From: Actinomycetes bacterium
GTDB lineage: Bacteria; Actinomycetota; Actinomycetes; Actinomycetales; Microbacteriaceae
DNA length: 64,000 nt
Direction: 5' to 3'
Assembly (NCBI GenBank): GCA_030426515.1
Contig: JAUHYM010000001.1
Span: 73-64,072 of the forward strand
Both the position numbers and the translations under genes were made by a program. Below are positions 19,144 through 28,928 of this stretch, one piece after another. The notes below the pieces were generated by a model, which was given only the letters and a program-made list of their open reading frames with translations, made no database searches and was not told where the DNA came from. How positions within the stretch are numbered: position 1 is the stretch's first letter; each line of letters opens with the position of its first letter.

Positions 19144-20349
19144 CTAGTGCTTAGCTGCATGATGACTCGATGTAAGGACAAGCCACGCAAATGATATGTA
19201 TGAGGCGGACGTGAGAGCGACGAGACCCCACAACAACCACTCCTCTCGGATCCAGAGAAGCAGCGCAGTCGCGGCCACGAACCGCGTGGTATCCCAGATC
19301 AGACGGTCGCGCGCCCGCCCAAGTATCCCGAGCATTCGGCCTATCGGTGAGATTGCGCTCGCCGCGACCGAGTAGATCGCTCCTGCGAGAAGAAGCTTGG
19401 TCGAGTAGTCATCGATCGTATAGATGACGGCAGCGACGCTGAGCAGCGCACCAACGATGCCAAGTGCTCCGCCGATGACGACGGAGCGTCGCACCTCCTT
19501 GGTCAGCGTGACCCGACCATCCTCCCTCATCGCGCGCACGACCCTAATGTCGAGTGCCACCCCCAGGACCTGGGCGCCAACTGTCTGAATACCAGTTGCG
19601 ATCCTCACCACGACAGCCCAGGCTTCGGAATACGGCCCCAGTAGCGGCGTGGCAAGGGCGGCGATCGACGTTGCGAATGCCCCCACAGTGAGTGACACAA
19701 TGAGGGTTCGCGACGCCCAGACTGACCCGACCACCTGGCGGGGCGAAGTAGCGCGTACAGATTGTGTGATGTGCCTGAAGAGATTGGATCGTAGCGTTGT
19801 GAGTAGAGCAACTGCGGCAAGATGCGCTGCTGCAAGTGCTAGAACGTAGACTACCGGGTCGGCGTCGGCGACGGTGGCGGCGAGGGTGAGCGCTAACGCG
19901 CCGGCGCCATACGCGAGCCGCAACAGCATGGCAAGCTGGTAGTTGGCCATCCAGGTGAGGCTGGCCATGGTGACAGTGAAGAGTGCGCGTCCAGCCGACA
20001 ATGCACCAACGGCGCAACCCACATAGGCGAGATAGTAGGTGCTGGTGGTTGCCGCCGTGGTTGCAAACCCCGCAATGATGGTCGCAGACCCGGCGAGGCT
20101 CACTATCGCGGCGTGCGATACTGCCGTCAGCACATCTTCCCGCGTGCGCATCGCGGGCACGCGATGGGACACTGCTAGGGAAAGTGCTGGAATTACGGTG
20201 GTCACGAGTCCGGAAGCAGTCACGACCAAGATGAGCGCCTCTGTCCGTCCCCACAAGACGGGGGCGATTGACGCCCCTAACGTGAGCGCTTGGGCAACCG
20301 CACCCGTACCGCCATTGAGAGCCATGCGGAGGGAACGCTTGTTTCTCAA
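19144..20349 (-). CDS. Probable Wzx-type flippase
   Basis: ~11-12 hydrophobic segments, GAVAQAL N-terminal pattern, EPS context. Confidence 0.6.
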   Translation of the reverse strand: MRNKRSLRMALNGGTGAVAQALTLGASIAPVLWGRTEALILVVTASGLVTTVIPALSLAVSHRVPAMRTREDVLTAVSHAAIVSLAGSATIIAGFATTAATTSTYYLAYVGCAVGALSAGRALFTVTMASLTWMANYQLAMLLRLAYGAGALALTLAATVADADPVVYVLALAAAHLAAVALLTTLRSNLFRHITQSVRATSPRQVVGSVWASRTLIVSLTVGAFATSIAALATPLLGPYSEAWAVVVRIATGIQTVGAQVLGVALDIRVVRAMREDGRVTLTKEVRRSVVIGGALGIVGALLSVAAVIYTIDDYSTKLLLAGAIYSVAASAISPIGRMLGILGRARDRLIWDTTRFVAATALLLWIREEWLLWGLVALTSASYISFAWLVLTSSHHAAKH

Positions 20350-20503
20350 TGCCTCTCCATTCGCATCGTTGACCGCCCTCTTCCGCCGAGACAGATGTTC
20401 GCCTCGCCTGCTGACGCGACAGGTCCGACCGGGTAGCGGATGCCGCGGAGTAGGGTGAGCAGGTCAATCCCGCTCACGAGTTCAGACAGAGCAGCCCCAG
20501 TCA

Positions 20504-21604
20504 TTAGCGTGCGCGGAGTGCTGTCGCTGCGACGAGAGTGTCGCGGGCCGTTCGCTCCCACGAGAAGTCGTCGCGACTCTTCTGGTAGGCGCGCTCGGAG
20601 AGGCTGCTGTACAGAGTTGGGTCCTCCAGTAGCCGCTCGATCGTGTCGGCGATCGCCTCAGCGGATGTCGACGCGGCAATGAGCGAAGATTGGGACTCAG
20701 TCGCCTGTTCGACGAGTCCGCCTACAGGCGTGACGACTGACGGTATGCCCGCGGCCATGGCGTAGGCGAATACTCCCGATTGGCTCGCCTCTGTGTATGG
20801 GAGCAGCACGGCGTCGAACGATGATACGAGTGTGAGGACCTCGTCTTGCGGTATCCACCGGTCGTCGACGATATTGCCGTCGGCGTGAACTCCGGGAATG
20901 TCCTGCGGAACTCCCCGCCCTGCGATGTGGAACGTGACGTTCCGGCCGCGATCACGTAGAATCTCCACAGCGCGCACCCCGAGTTCAAGCCCCTTATATC
21001 GCGCCATTCGCCCGAAGAATCCGATTCGGAACGGGCGGGTTGCATCCAGGCTGCGGGTTGGCGCTACACTCGGCGCTTCGAACGCAGGGTGAACGGTCTT
21101 CCATACCTGGTCGGCGCCAAAAGCCCCGCTACCAACGATCGACGCGCGCACGTGGTCCGATAGGACGATGGCGCCGTCAGCATGTGATCGCTCACGCTTA
21201 TGTAGCCATGTGCCGATTGCCGTGTGTTCGCCGTCGTGCATCGATCCGTCGTGTACGAATAGCAGCACGCGTCGACCTTTGGCGACGGATGGTGCGACGA
21301 GCGCCTGCCACACTTGCTCCATCGGAACTACGAGGACATCCACCTCGTGGGACGAGAGGAATCTGTTGATCTGGTGCGCGATATATGGCAGTCGGAAGAC
21401 ACCGAACGCGGCGCCGATGGCCGAGCTAAATGTGTGGATCGCCAGGCGCGGCACGTCCAGACTCGTGACCTCCTCGGCAATCTCGGCATCTGATGAGCTT
21501 ACGACAACAACGTGTTCGCCAGCCTCCTTAAGCGCGCGGGCGAGCTCAAGCGCAAAGAGCGGTCCGGCCGCCGTTCGCCCTAGATGCATGACTCCGATCG
21601 TCAC
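20504..21604 (-). CDS. Glycosyltransferase family 4
   Basis: FFGRMARYKGL, LPYTEASQSGV, VTPVGGL; GTG start overlapping the upstream TGA. Confidence 0.9.
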   Translation of the reverse strand: MTIGVMHLGRTAAGPLFALELARALKEAGEHVVVVSSSDAEIAEEVTSLDVPRLAIHTFSSAIGAAFGVFRLPYIAHQINRFLSSHEVDVLVVPMEQVWQALVAPSVAKGRRVLLFVHDGSMHDGEHTAIGTWLHKRERSHADGAIVLSDHVRASIVGSGAFGADQVWKTVHPAFEAPSVAPTRSLDATRPFRIGFFGRMARYKGLELGVRAVEILRDRGRNVTFHIAGRGVPQDIPGVHADGNIVDDRWIPQDEVLTLVSSFDAVLLPYTEASQSGVFAYAMAAGIPSVVTPVGGLVEQATESQSSLIAASTSAEAIADTIERLLEDPTLYSSLSERAYQKSRDDFSWERTARDTLVAATALRAR

Positions 21605-22644
21605 GACAGACTCCACGTTCTGGCTAGCGCTCTCCGCTGCGCCGAAGGTGTGTTCTGGGCGAGGAAAGCGGCCCAGAGTGCGACGTTCTCGTCTGCCCAA
21701 GCGGCGTACCCCTCGTTACCAACCCTGTCGAGTTCCCGAAGGCCGGCATCGAGAGTTAGTGCGGGGTCGATCCCTGTGAATGCGCGGATCGGCCGTACAA
21801 GGATTGGGCGTCTTCGCGCATGGGCATCGAGAACCGCAAGTGGGAACCCCTCCCACGCAGCAACATGAAGATATAGGTCAAGCTGATCCAGCTCCTCTGT
21901 CAGAGCTGCCCCGTCCTTCCAGCCGGTCACGTGAACTCCCCTTTCACGCAGGAGAGAGGCCAGGAATTCGTCTCCAGAACCAATCCACCTCGCTTTCGCA
22001 TCAGGGAACACTCGTTGAATACGCTCTGCGGCCTCGAGGAAGGCTCGGGGATCCTTCTGCCGCGAAACGCGCCCAGCCATCCCGAACCGGGTTGGCATGG
22101 TGGCCTCTCGAGGCCTCAGCGACACGGGGAGGGAGGGGGCGTTCGGAATGACTAATGGTGGTCGGGTCGTACCTGGTATGTGATCAGCGAGTTGATGTTC
22201 GCCGTATGAGCACGCAGCGACCATCGTTGTGTTCCATGCAAGCGCGGACTCGGCGACACGGTACGCGAACCGAACGGCGCGCGGCAGGTCTGTTCTCTCG
22301 AACGCGTAGCAGTGGGGCGTGTAGATAATCGGTCGCGCGTGACGGCTCTGAGAGAGCCGCGCGTAAGCGCCCGAATAACTTGAGTGAGCATGAACCGCAA
22401 CGGCACCGATCGAGGCCGCGGTTCGGCGGATGACGCGGATTCGCCTCACGGTGCCGACTCCGAGGTCGTGGTGGATGGCCGGGATGTCATCCCACACGGG
22501 CGCCGGTGCGCCGTGCACGAACGGAGAGAGTACATGATGGGAGTACCGCTGTGGACTGTTTCGAATGTATGTGCCGACGGCAACGGGTACACCGCCCGAA
22601 ACGCGATCGACCACGTGCAGTATCGCACCGTTCCCGTAGCTCAT
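21601..22644 (-). CDS. Glycosyltransferase family 4
   Basis: SGGV, VHAHSS, YTPHCY, GRVSRQKDP, WEGFPLAVLDA. Confidence 0.9.
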   Translation of the reverse strand: MSYGNGAILHVVDRVSGGVPVAVGTYIRNSPQRYSHHVLSPFVHGAPAPVWDDIPAIHHDLGVGTVRRIRVIRRTAASIGAVAVHAHSSYSGAYARLSQSRHARPIIYTPHCYAFERTDLPRAVRFAYRVAESALAWNTTMVAACSYGEHQLADHIPGTTRPPLVIPNAPSLPVSLRPREATMPTRFGMAGRVSRQKDPRAFLEAAERIQRVFPDAKARWIGSGDEFLASLLRERGVHVTGWKDGAALTEELDQLDLYLHVAAWEGFPLAVLDAHARRRPILVRPIRAFTGIDPALTLDAGLRELDRVGNEGYAAWADENVALWAAFLAQNTPSAQRRALARTWSLS

Positions 22645-23552
22645 GCGCTGTCACCTGAGCGCTTGTCTTGCGCGCGAGGTATGTGCGGGCCAAACCCGCG
22701 GGCTGGCTCGGGCACGTGCACCGCTGCGGCCGCTAGGAACTCCTCATAGTCGAATCGCAGAGTTGCGGCAATCAGTTCGCGCTGCTGGGGCGTCGCTTCC
22801 CCTTCACCGTGTCGCGGAACCCGCTCGATCAACGCTCGCAGCCCCGCCGCACGCGCGACGTTCGAGATCCAATGCAACCGAAATCGCTTGAGGGTGTCGA
22901 CTGCATCGTTTGCGATGCGTGCAAGCAAGGGCGAGCGCGGAACACGTGCCTCGTTGCTGGCGCTCGCCAGGAGTGCTGGCGAGGGGGCTTGGTATGTGAG
23001 CCGGAGGCAACTACAGACCCGTGCTGAGAATGCTTCTGGCGAGTGTCGGAGTTCACCGAAATCGAGAACGATCACTCGATCTGCGCCAAAAAGTCGAAGT
23101 GCCTCTTCTAGCAGTTCCGGATAGTCGCTCCGACTGATGATTGGGTCCGTCGGATTGATGTACTGGTCCAGGGGTTCTGGGTAGTGTCCGTATCGGACCT
23201 CGTGCCTGTAGTGGGAGAGGGAGCGTTGAACCGGTTCTCGGACCGTAAGAACGATCCTTGCCGTTGGCAGCGTTGCAGCAATCCTCTCAAGCGCGAGTTC
23301 GTGGCCCGCATAGCTCGGTGCGACTTCAACGCGCACTCTCTTTGTCGCGGTCGTCTCCGTCGGGAAGAAGGCGCGGTAGAAACTGACTCCGCGGTGGTAA
23401 AACCTATCGAAGAAGAATGTCTCCTTCGTTCCCTTTGGTAGGACGACCGAGTCCATTTCGCTCAAGTAGTCGTGGATCCAGGTGGTCCCTGTCTTAAGCG
23501 GACCCACGAATATTACCGTCGGGAGATCGGCCGTTTCAGTGATGTTACCCAT
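22641..23552 (-). CDS. PAPS-dependent sulfotransferase
   Basis: 5'-PSB GPLKTGTTWI, KETFFF, 3'-PB VREPVQRSLSHY; ATG 23552 with upstream GGAG. Confidence 0.88.
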   Translation of the reverse strand: MGNITETADLPTVIFVGPLKTGTTWIHDYLSEMDSVVLPKGTKETFFFDRFYHRGVSFYRAFFPTETTATKRVRVEVAPSYAGHELALERIAATLPTARIVLTVREPVQRSLSHYRHEVRYGHYPEPLDQYINPTDPIISRSDYPELLEEALRLFGADRVIVLDFGELRHSPEAFSARVCSCLRLTYQAPSPALLASASNEARVPRSPLLARIANDAVDTLKRFRLHWISNVARAAGLRALIERVPRHGEGEATPQQRELIAATLRFDYEEFLAAAAVHVPEPARGFGPHIPRAQDKRSGDSA

Positions 23553-23667
23553 CGAGGTTCTCCTTCGGCCGCGTTCTGCGTGGACGTGCATACAACAAGG
23601 CGCGAGTCCAACGCGGACTTGGGGGCATTGACACGACGATCTCCGCCTCAATTGGCCCGGCGGCGCG

Positions 23668-24915
23668 TCAGCCTTGGCTGATCGTGCCGGCGGCCACGGT
23701 GCGGTTGCTGGAATCATCGATCAAGACGAAGGCGCCCGTGGTCCGGTTTCGGTAGTAGGGGTCGGCTACGAGCGGCGTCGTCGTGCGCAGCGTCACACGG
23801 CCGATGTCGTTCAGGCCGAGAGTGTGGATGCCCTCCGCGCGGTGCAGCGTGTTCACGTCCAGCTGATACTGGATGTTCTTCACGACCACACGCGCCGAGC
23901 GGGTGGTGTGCTGGATCGCCAGCTTCATCCCGGTGGTGAGGGGGCGCTCGTCCATCCAGCAGATCATCGCATCGATGTCCTGCGTCGTCTCGGGGTGGTT
24001 GTGCGGTCGGCAGATCACGTCGCCACGCGAGATGTCGATCTCGTCCGTGAGGCGCACCGTGACGCTCATGGGTGGGAAAGCCTCGTCGACCGGCCCGTCA
24101 GCCGTGTCGATGCCAGCGATCGTCGAAGTGAGCCCACTCGGCAGCACGAGCACCTCGTCACCCGGCTTCATGACACCCGACGCGACCTGGCCGGCGTATC
24201 CGCGGTAGTCGCGCGCGGCAGCCTGCTGGGGGCGGATGACGTACTGAACCGGGAACCGCACGTCCTGCAGGTTACGGTCAGACGCGATGTACACGTTCTC
24301 GAGGTGGTGCAGCAGCGACCCGCCGTCGTACCAGGGCATGTTCTCGGAGCGATCGACGACGTTGTCGCCCTTGAGCGCGCTCAGCGGGATCGCGGTCATG
24401 TCGGTGATGTTGAGCTTCGATGCGAACGCGAAGAACTCGTCGCGAATCTGCTCGAACACCTCCTGTGACCAGTCGACCAGGTCCATCTTGTTCACCGCAA
24501 GAACGATGTGCGGCACCCGAAGGAGCGACGCGATGGTCGCGTGGCGGCGCGATTGCTCGAGCACGCCCTTGCGAGCGTCGACGAGGACGATCGCCAGGTC
24601 TGCCGTCGACGCTCCAGTCACCATGTTGCGGGTGTACTGGGCGTGGCCGGGGGTGTCCGCGATGATGAACTTGCGCTTCGGTGTCGCGAAGTACCGGTAG
24701 GCGACGTCAATCGTGATGCCCTGCTCACGCTCTGCGCGCAGGCCATCCGTCAACAGCGAAAGGTCGGTGTACTCGTCGCCGCGCGACTTGCTCGTCGCTT
24801 CGACCGACTCCAACTGGTCTTCGAAGATGGACTTCGAGTCGAACAGCAGCCGCCCGATCAGCGTGCTCTTTCCGTCGTCGACCGACCCGGCGGTCGCGAA
24901 ACGCAACATATCCAT
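23668..24915 (-). CDS. cysN: Sulfate adenylyltransferase subunit 1 (no fused APS kinase)
   Basis: TAGSVDDGKSTLIGRLL, REQGITIDVAYRYF, ADTPGH, NKMD. Confidence 0.97.
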   Translation of the reverse strand: MDMLRFATAGSVDDGKSTLIGRLLFDSKSIFEDQLESVEATSKSRGDEYTDLSLLTDGLRAEREQGITIDVAYRYFATPKRKFIIADTPGHAQYTRNMVTGASTADLAIVLVDARKGVLEQSRRHATIASLLRVPHIVLAVNKMDLVDWSQEVFEQIRDEFFAFASKLNITDMTAIPLSALKGDNVVDRSENMPWYDGGSLLHHLENVYIASDRNLQDVRFPVQYVIRPQQAAARDYRGYAGQVASGVMKPGDEVLVLPSGLTSTIAGIDTADGPVDEAFPPMSVTVRLTDEIDISRGDVICRPHNHPETTQDIDAMICWMDERPLTTGMKLAIQHTTRSARVVVKNIQYQLDVNTLHRAEGIHTLGLNDIGRVTLRTTTPLVADPYYRNRTTGAFVLIDDSSNRTVAAGTISQG

Positions 24916-25826
24916 CAGAAGTACCCCTGCTTCTTGCGGTCTTCCATCGCCGCTTCACTGACCTTGTCATCGCCACGCGTCGCGCCGCGCTCGGTGATAC
25001 GCGTTGCCGCGACCTCGTCGATCACCAGGTCGACCGTGGTCGCCTGCGACTCCACGGCCGCCGTCAGCGTCGCGTCGCCCACCGTGCGGTAGCGGACCAT
25101 CCGCGGTACGACCGTCTCGCCGTCGCGCGGCTGGCAGAACTCGTTCGCGGCGAACAGCATCCCGCCCCGCTCGAACACATCGCGCTCGTGAGCGAGGTAG
25201 ATGCTCGGCACGGCCACGTTGTAGTCGGCGATGTACTGCCAGATGTCGAGCTCGGTCCAGTTCGACAGCGGGAACACACGGATCGACTCGCCGGGGTGCA
25301 CCCGCCCGTTGTAGAGGTTCCAGAGCTCGGGGCGCTGGTTCTTCGGGTCCCACTGCCCGAACTCATCACGGAAGCTGAACACGCGCTCCTTGGCGCGGGC
25401 CTTCTCCTCGTCGCGACGGGCGCCGCCCATCATCGCGTCGAACCCGCCCTTCTCGACCGTGTCGAGAAGCACCGGAGTCTGGATGCGGTTGCGCGACCCG
25501 TTGGGCTCTTCGCGGACGAGTCCCTTGTCGATCGCCTCCTGCACCGAGCCGACGACCAGACGCAGTCCGTGCGTGTCGACCGTCTGGTCGCGGAAGGCGA
25601 TGACCTCGGGGAAGTTGTGCCCCGTGTCGATATGGACGATCGGGAACGGGATGGGGGCCGGGTGGAAGGCCTTCATCGCCAGGTGCAGCAGGACGATCGA
25701 GTCCTTGCCACCGCTGAACAGCAGGCCCGGCCTCTCCATCTGCGCGACGACCTCGCGGATGATGAAGATCGACTCTGCCTCGAGCGCCTGAAGCTGCGTC
25801 AGGGCGTACTGGTTGGGCGCCGTCAC
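24915..25826 (-). CDS. cysD: Sulfate adenylyltransferase subunit 2
   Basis: LFSGGKDS, HIDTGHNF, GARRDEEKARAKER, MEDRKKQGYF. Confidence 0.97.
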   Translation of the reverse strand: MTAPNQYALTQLQALEAESIFIIREVVAQMERPGLLFSGGKDSIVLLHLAMKAFHPAPIPFPIVHIDTGHNFPEVIAFRDQTVDTHGLRLVVGSVQEAIDKGLVREEPNGSRNRIQTPVLLDTVEKGGFDAMMGGARRDEEKARAKERVFSFRDEFGQWDPKNQRPELWNLYNGRVHPGESIRVFPLSNWTELDIWQYIADYNVAVPSIYLAHERDVFERGGMLFAANEFCQPRDGETVVPRMVRYRTVGDATLTAAVESQATTVDLVIDEVAATRITERGATRGDDKVSEAAMEDRKKQGYF

Positions 25827-26623
25827 TTGGCGGCCTCCTCTGTATCGGATGTCACGTACTCGCCGATCGCCGTCAGCAGTCTCTCGGCCACCGAGGGCGG
25901 GCAGACGACGAGATCGGGAAGGTAGGGGTTTTCGCGGTTGTAGACGAGCTCGGAGCCGTCGAGCCGCGACGTGTGCAGGCCTGCGGCGCGGGCGACCGCG
26001 ACCGGGGCCGCCGAGTCCCACTCGAACTGACCGCCACCGTGGACGTAGGCGTCGACCTCACCGGTGACGACCGCGCTGATCTTGACTCCGGCCGACCCCA
26101 TCGGCACCAGCTGCACGTCGAACCGCGACTGCAGGTATTCGACGACCGCGGGCGGCCGCGTGCGACTGACCGCGATGCGCAGCGGGGAGGTGGTCTCATC
26201 CGGGCGCGGAGCGACGTCCGCCGTGGTCAGAACCGTCTGGGGGCCGCCGAGGGCGACTGCGCCGACGGTGAGTGTGCCGGCCTCCCACAGGGCGACGTGC
26301 ACCGCCCAGTCGTCCCGGCCTTCGGCGAACTCGCGAGTGCCATCGAGCGGGTCGATGATCCAGACGCGCTCTGCCGCAAGTCGGGCGGGGGAGTCCTTGG
26401 CCTCTTCGCTCAGCACCGCGTCGTCAGGCCGATGGGCGGAAAGGAGCGCCGCGATCACGGCCTGCGCCTCGGCGTCACCGGCGTCACGCAGCGCCCTCGC
26501 GTCGTCGAGTCCCATGCGCGCGCGAACGCTCAGGAGCGTGTCGGCGGCGCTCCGGGCCACGTGTGCAGCGAACTCGGCATCGAGATCGAAGGAGGCGATC
26601 GGGGTGTCGGCGGTGCTGCTCAG
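25823..26623 (-). CDS. cysQ: 3'(2'),5'-bisphosphate nucleotidase
   Basis: LSEE, WIIDPLDGTREF, MGSAG.K, EWDSAAP; start uncertain (CTG at 26623 follows GGAGA). Confidence 0.9.
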   Translation of the reverse strand: MSSTADTPIASFDLDAEFAAHVARSAADTLLSVRARMGLDDARALRDAGDAEAQAVIAALLSAHRPDDAVLSEEAKDSPARLAAERVWIIDPLDGTREFAEGRDDWAVHVALWEAGTLTVGAVALGGPQTVLTTADVAPRPDETTSPLRIAVSRTRPPAVVEYLQSRFDVQLVPMGSAGVKISAVVTGEVDAYVHGGGQFEWDSAAPVAVARAAGLHTSRLDGSELVYNRENPYLPDLVVCPPSVAERLLTAIGEYVTSDTEEAAK

Positions 26624-26789
26624 TGTCGTCTCCGTTTCGATGATCGCGCTGGGTGTCGGCGGCCTCCCGTGCCGATCTCGGCATTCCCAGGTGCGCAGCG
26701 TCCAGTATCCCAAGTTTGCGGCGTGCATCGAAATCGGCGGATGACGCCGCCGTCGTTTGCCGACACAGTCCGGTGATAGGTTGCCCTGC

Positions 26790-27722
26790 GTGGATTGGGG
26801 ACTCGCTCTCGCAGCGCTCGGCATCGGGGTGGTGGTCGGCCTCACCGGCATGGGCGGGGGAGCGCTCATGACCCCCACGCTCGTGCTGTTCTTCGGTGTG
26901 CCGCCCCTCACCGCCGTCTCGAGCGACCTGATCACCAGCGCGGTCATGAAGCCCGCCGGCTCCATCGTGCACATGCGACACGGCACCGTGCACTGGAAGA
27001 TCGTGCTGTGGCTCGTCGTGGGCTCAGTGCCCGCAGCCTTCTCAGGCGCGCTGATCATCAGCATCATCGGGCCCATCGCCGGTGTCACCGAGTTCGTGAA
27101 GACCGCGCTGGGGTCAGTGCTCCTTCTCGCGTCAGCGCTGCTGATCGTGCGCGCCTATATTCGTCTGCGCGAATACGCCTCGGAGTTGCAGGGCGGTCCG
27201 CGGATCGTCGACCGCGACCCCGGCGAGGTCGCCGTGCGCATCGTCCCGACCGTCATTGTCGGGGTCGTCGGCGGTCTGATGGTCGGCCTGACCTCGGTCG
27301 GCTCGGGGTCGTTCATCATCATCACGCTCATGGCGCTGTACCCGATGCTCTCGGCCAACCGCCTCGTCGGCACCGACCTCGTCCAAGCGGTGCCACTGGT
27401 CGTCGCCGCCGCGATCGGTCACCTGCTGTTCGGCGACGTCGACTGGGCGCTCGTGTGGCCGCTGATCATCGGCAGCGTGCCCGGCGCGATCATCGGCGCG
27501 CAGCTGTCATCGCGGGTCGCCGGCGGATTCGTGCGGCGTGCGCTGGCCGTCGTGCTGCTGGCCGCCGGACTGAAGATGCTCGGCGTGAGCAACATGTGGA
27601 CGCTCGTGGCCGTCGTCGCCGCTTTGCTCGGAGGCACGATCGGCTGGATGATGGTTCGTGTACGCCACGGGCTCAAGCCCACCGCCCGCCAGCAGAAACG
27701 AATCGCTGAGACCTCTGACTGA
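26790..27722 (+). CDS. TauE/SafE family sulfur-compound exporter
   Basis: GLTGMGGGALMTP, GLTSVGSGS, VGTDLVQA; TAGGTT -10 at 26777-26782. Confidence 0.9.
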   Translation: MDWGLALAALGIGVVVGLTGMGGGALMTPTLVLFFGVPPLTAVSSDLITSAVMKPAGSIVHMRHGTVHWKIVLWLVVGSVPAAFSGALIISIIGPIAGVTEFVKTALGSVLLLASALLIVRAYIRLREYASELQGGPRIVDRDPGEVAVRIVPTVIVGVVGGLMVGLTSVGSGSFIIITLMALYPMLSANRLVGTDLVQAVPLVVAAAIGHLLFGDVDWALVWPLIIGSVPGAIIGAQLSSRVAGGFVRRALAVVLLAAGLKMLGVSNMWTLVAVVAALLGGTIGWMMVRVRHGLKPTARQQKRIAETSD

Positions 27723-28894
27723 TGCGCCACTCCGTCACCTTCACCACTGCACAGATGCTGGAACTGGAGTTGGTGCTCGCCGGCGCCTGGGGCGACCCGC
27801 CCCGGTTCGACCTGCCCGAGAAGCACACCGCGCGCGTGCGGATCCCCGAGACGACGGCGGTCGCCGCCGGCGAGCAGGTCGACGTGTTCGACCCGGAGGG
27901 GACGGGCATCGCGACCATCACCGTCGAGGACGTGCGCGTCTCGGATGCCGGGGGACGCTGGATCGCCGGGCCCGTCCGTGCGACCCGCCCCTTCGGGCAT
28001 CGCAGCTTTCACGCGCTGCGTGCACCGCTACGCCCGCGAGCCGCAATGGCGGCGGTCGTCACCGACGCCGTGCCCGAACCGCACCACGAACTGTGGCGCA
28101 CCGGGGCGTCCATCCCGATCGTGCTGGTCGACCACGGCGACGCCGCAGCGTTGGCCACAGCAGTCGACGCTGCCCGGGCGCGCGGACGCCAGATCGTCGT
28201 CCTGCCCGCGCCCGACCGGGGCGCCCGCTCGGAGGCCGAGTGGCGCGACGCGCTCGCCACCGTCACCCGCGCCCTGATCGCCGACGAGGCGACCGTGTAC
28301 GCCACAGACCGGGTGCGCGGTGACGGGGTCGTCGTGCTGCTGAGCGGCCTGTCGGGATCGGGCAAGTCGACGGTCGCGAAGCTGCTCGCCGAACGCCTTA
28401 CCCTCGAGGACCCGCGCCGGGTGACATTGCTGGATGGCGACGAGATGCGTCAGATGGTCTCGGCGGGGCTCGGGTTCTCGCGGGAGGACCGCGAGCTGAA
28501 CGTGCGGCGCATCGGGTGGATCGCGGCGCTCGCGGCAGCCCACGGCGGCATCGCGATCTGCGCACCGATCGCGCCCTACACGTCCATGCGCGCCGAAATG
28601 CGCGAGCGGGCGGAGGAGGTGGGGAACTTCCTCCTCGTGCACGTCGCCACGCCGCTCGCCGTGTGCGAGCAACGGGACCGCAAGGGGCTGTACGCGAAGG
28701 CGCGCCGCGGTGAGATCGCCCAGTTCACCGGGATCAGCGACCCCTACGAGGAGCCGTCAGACGCCGATCTCGTCATCGACACCAGCGACATCGATCCTGC
28801 CGCAGCCGTCGACGAGGTCGTCGCGGCACTTGAGCGCGTGGCGCCCGCGCGTCGGACGTGGACGTCGCAGATGATGCCGGAGTTCATCATTTGA
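27722..28894 (+). CDS. cysC: Adenylyl-sulfate kinase with vestigial N-terminal ATP-sulfurylase-like region
   Basis: LSGLSGSGKST, LLDGDE, LGFSREDR, RDRKGLYAKAR, FTGISDPYE. Confidence 0.92.
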   Translation: MRHSVTFTTAQMLELELVLAGAWGDPPRFDLPEKHTARVRIPETTAVAAGEQVDVFDPEGTGIATITVEDVRVSDAGGRWIAGPVRATRPFGHRSFHALRAPLRPRAAMAAVVTDAVPEPHHELWRTGASIPIVLVDHGDAAALATAVDAARARGRQIVVLPAPDRGARSEAEWRDALATVTRALIADEATVYATDRVRGDGVVVLLSGLSGSGKSTVAKLLAERLTLEDPRRVTLLDGDEMRQMVSAGLGFSREDRELNVRRIGWIAALAAAHGGIAICAPIAPYTSMRAEMRERAEEVGNFLLVHVATPLAVCEQRDRKGLYAKARRGEIAQFTGISDPYEEPSDADLVIDTSDIDPAAAVDEVVAALERVAPARRTWTSQMMPEFII

Positions 28895-28928
28895 CCCGGC
28901 CCGGGGGCGACCGCCGCCCTCTGCAAGG

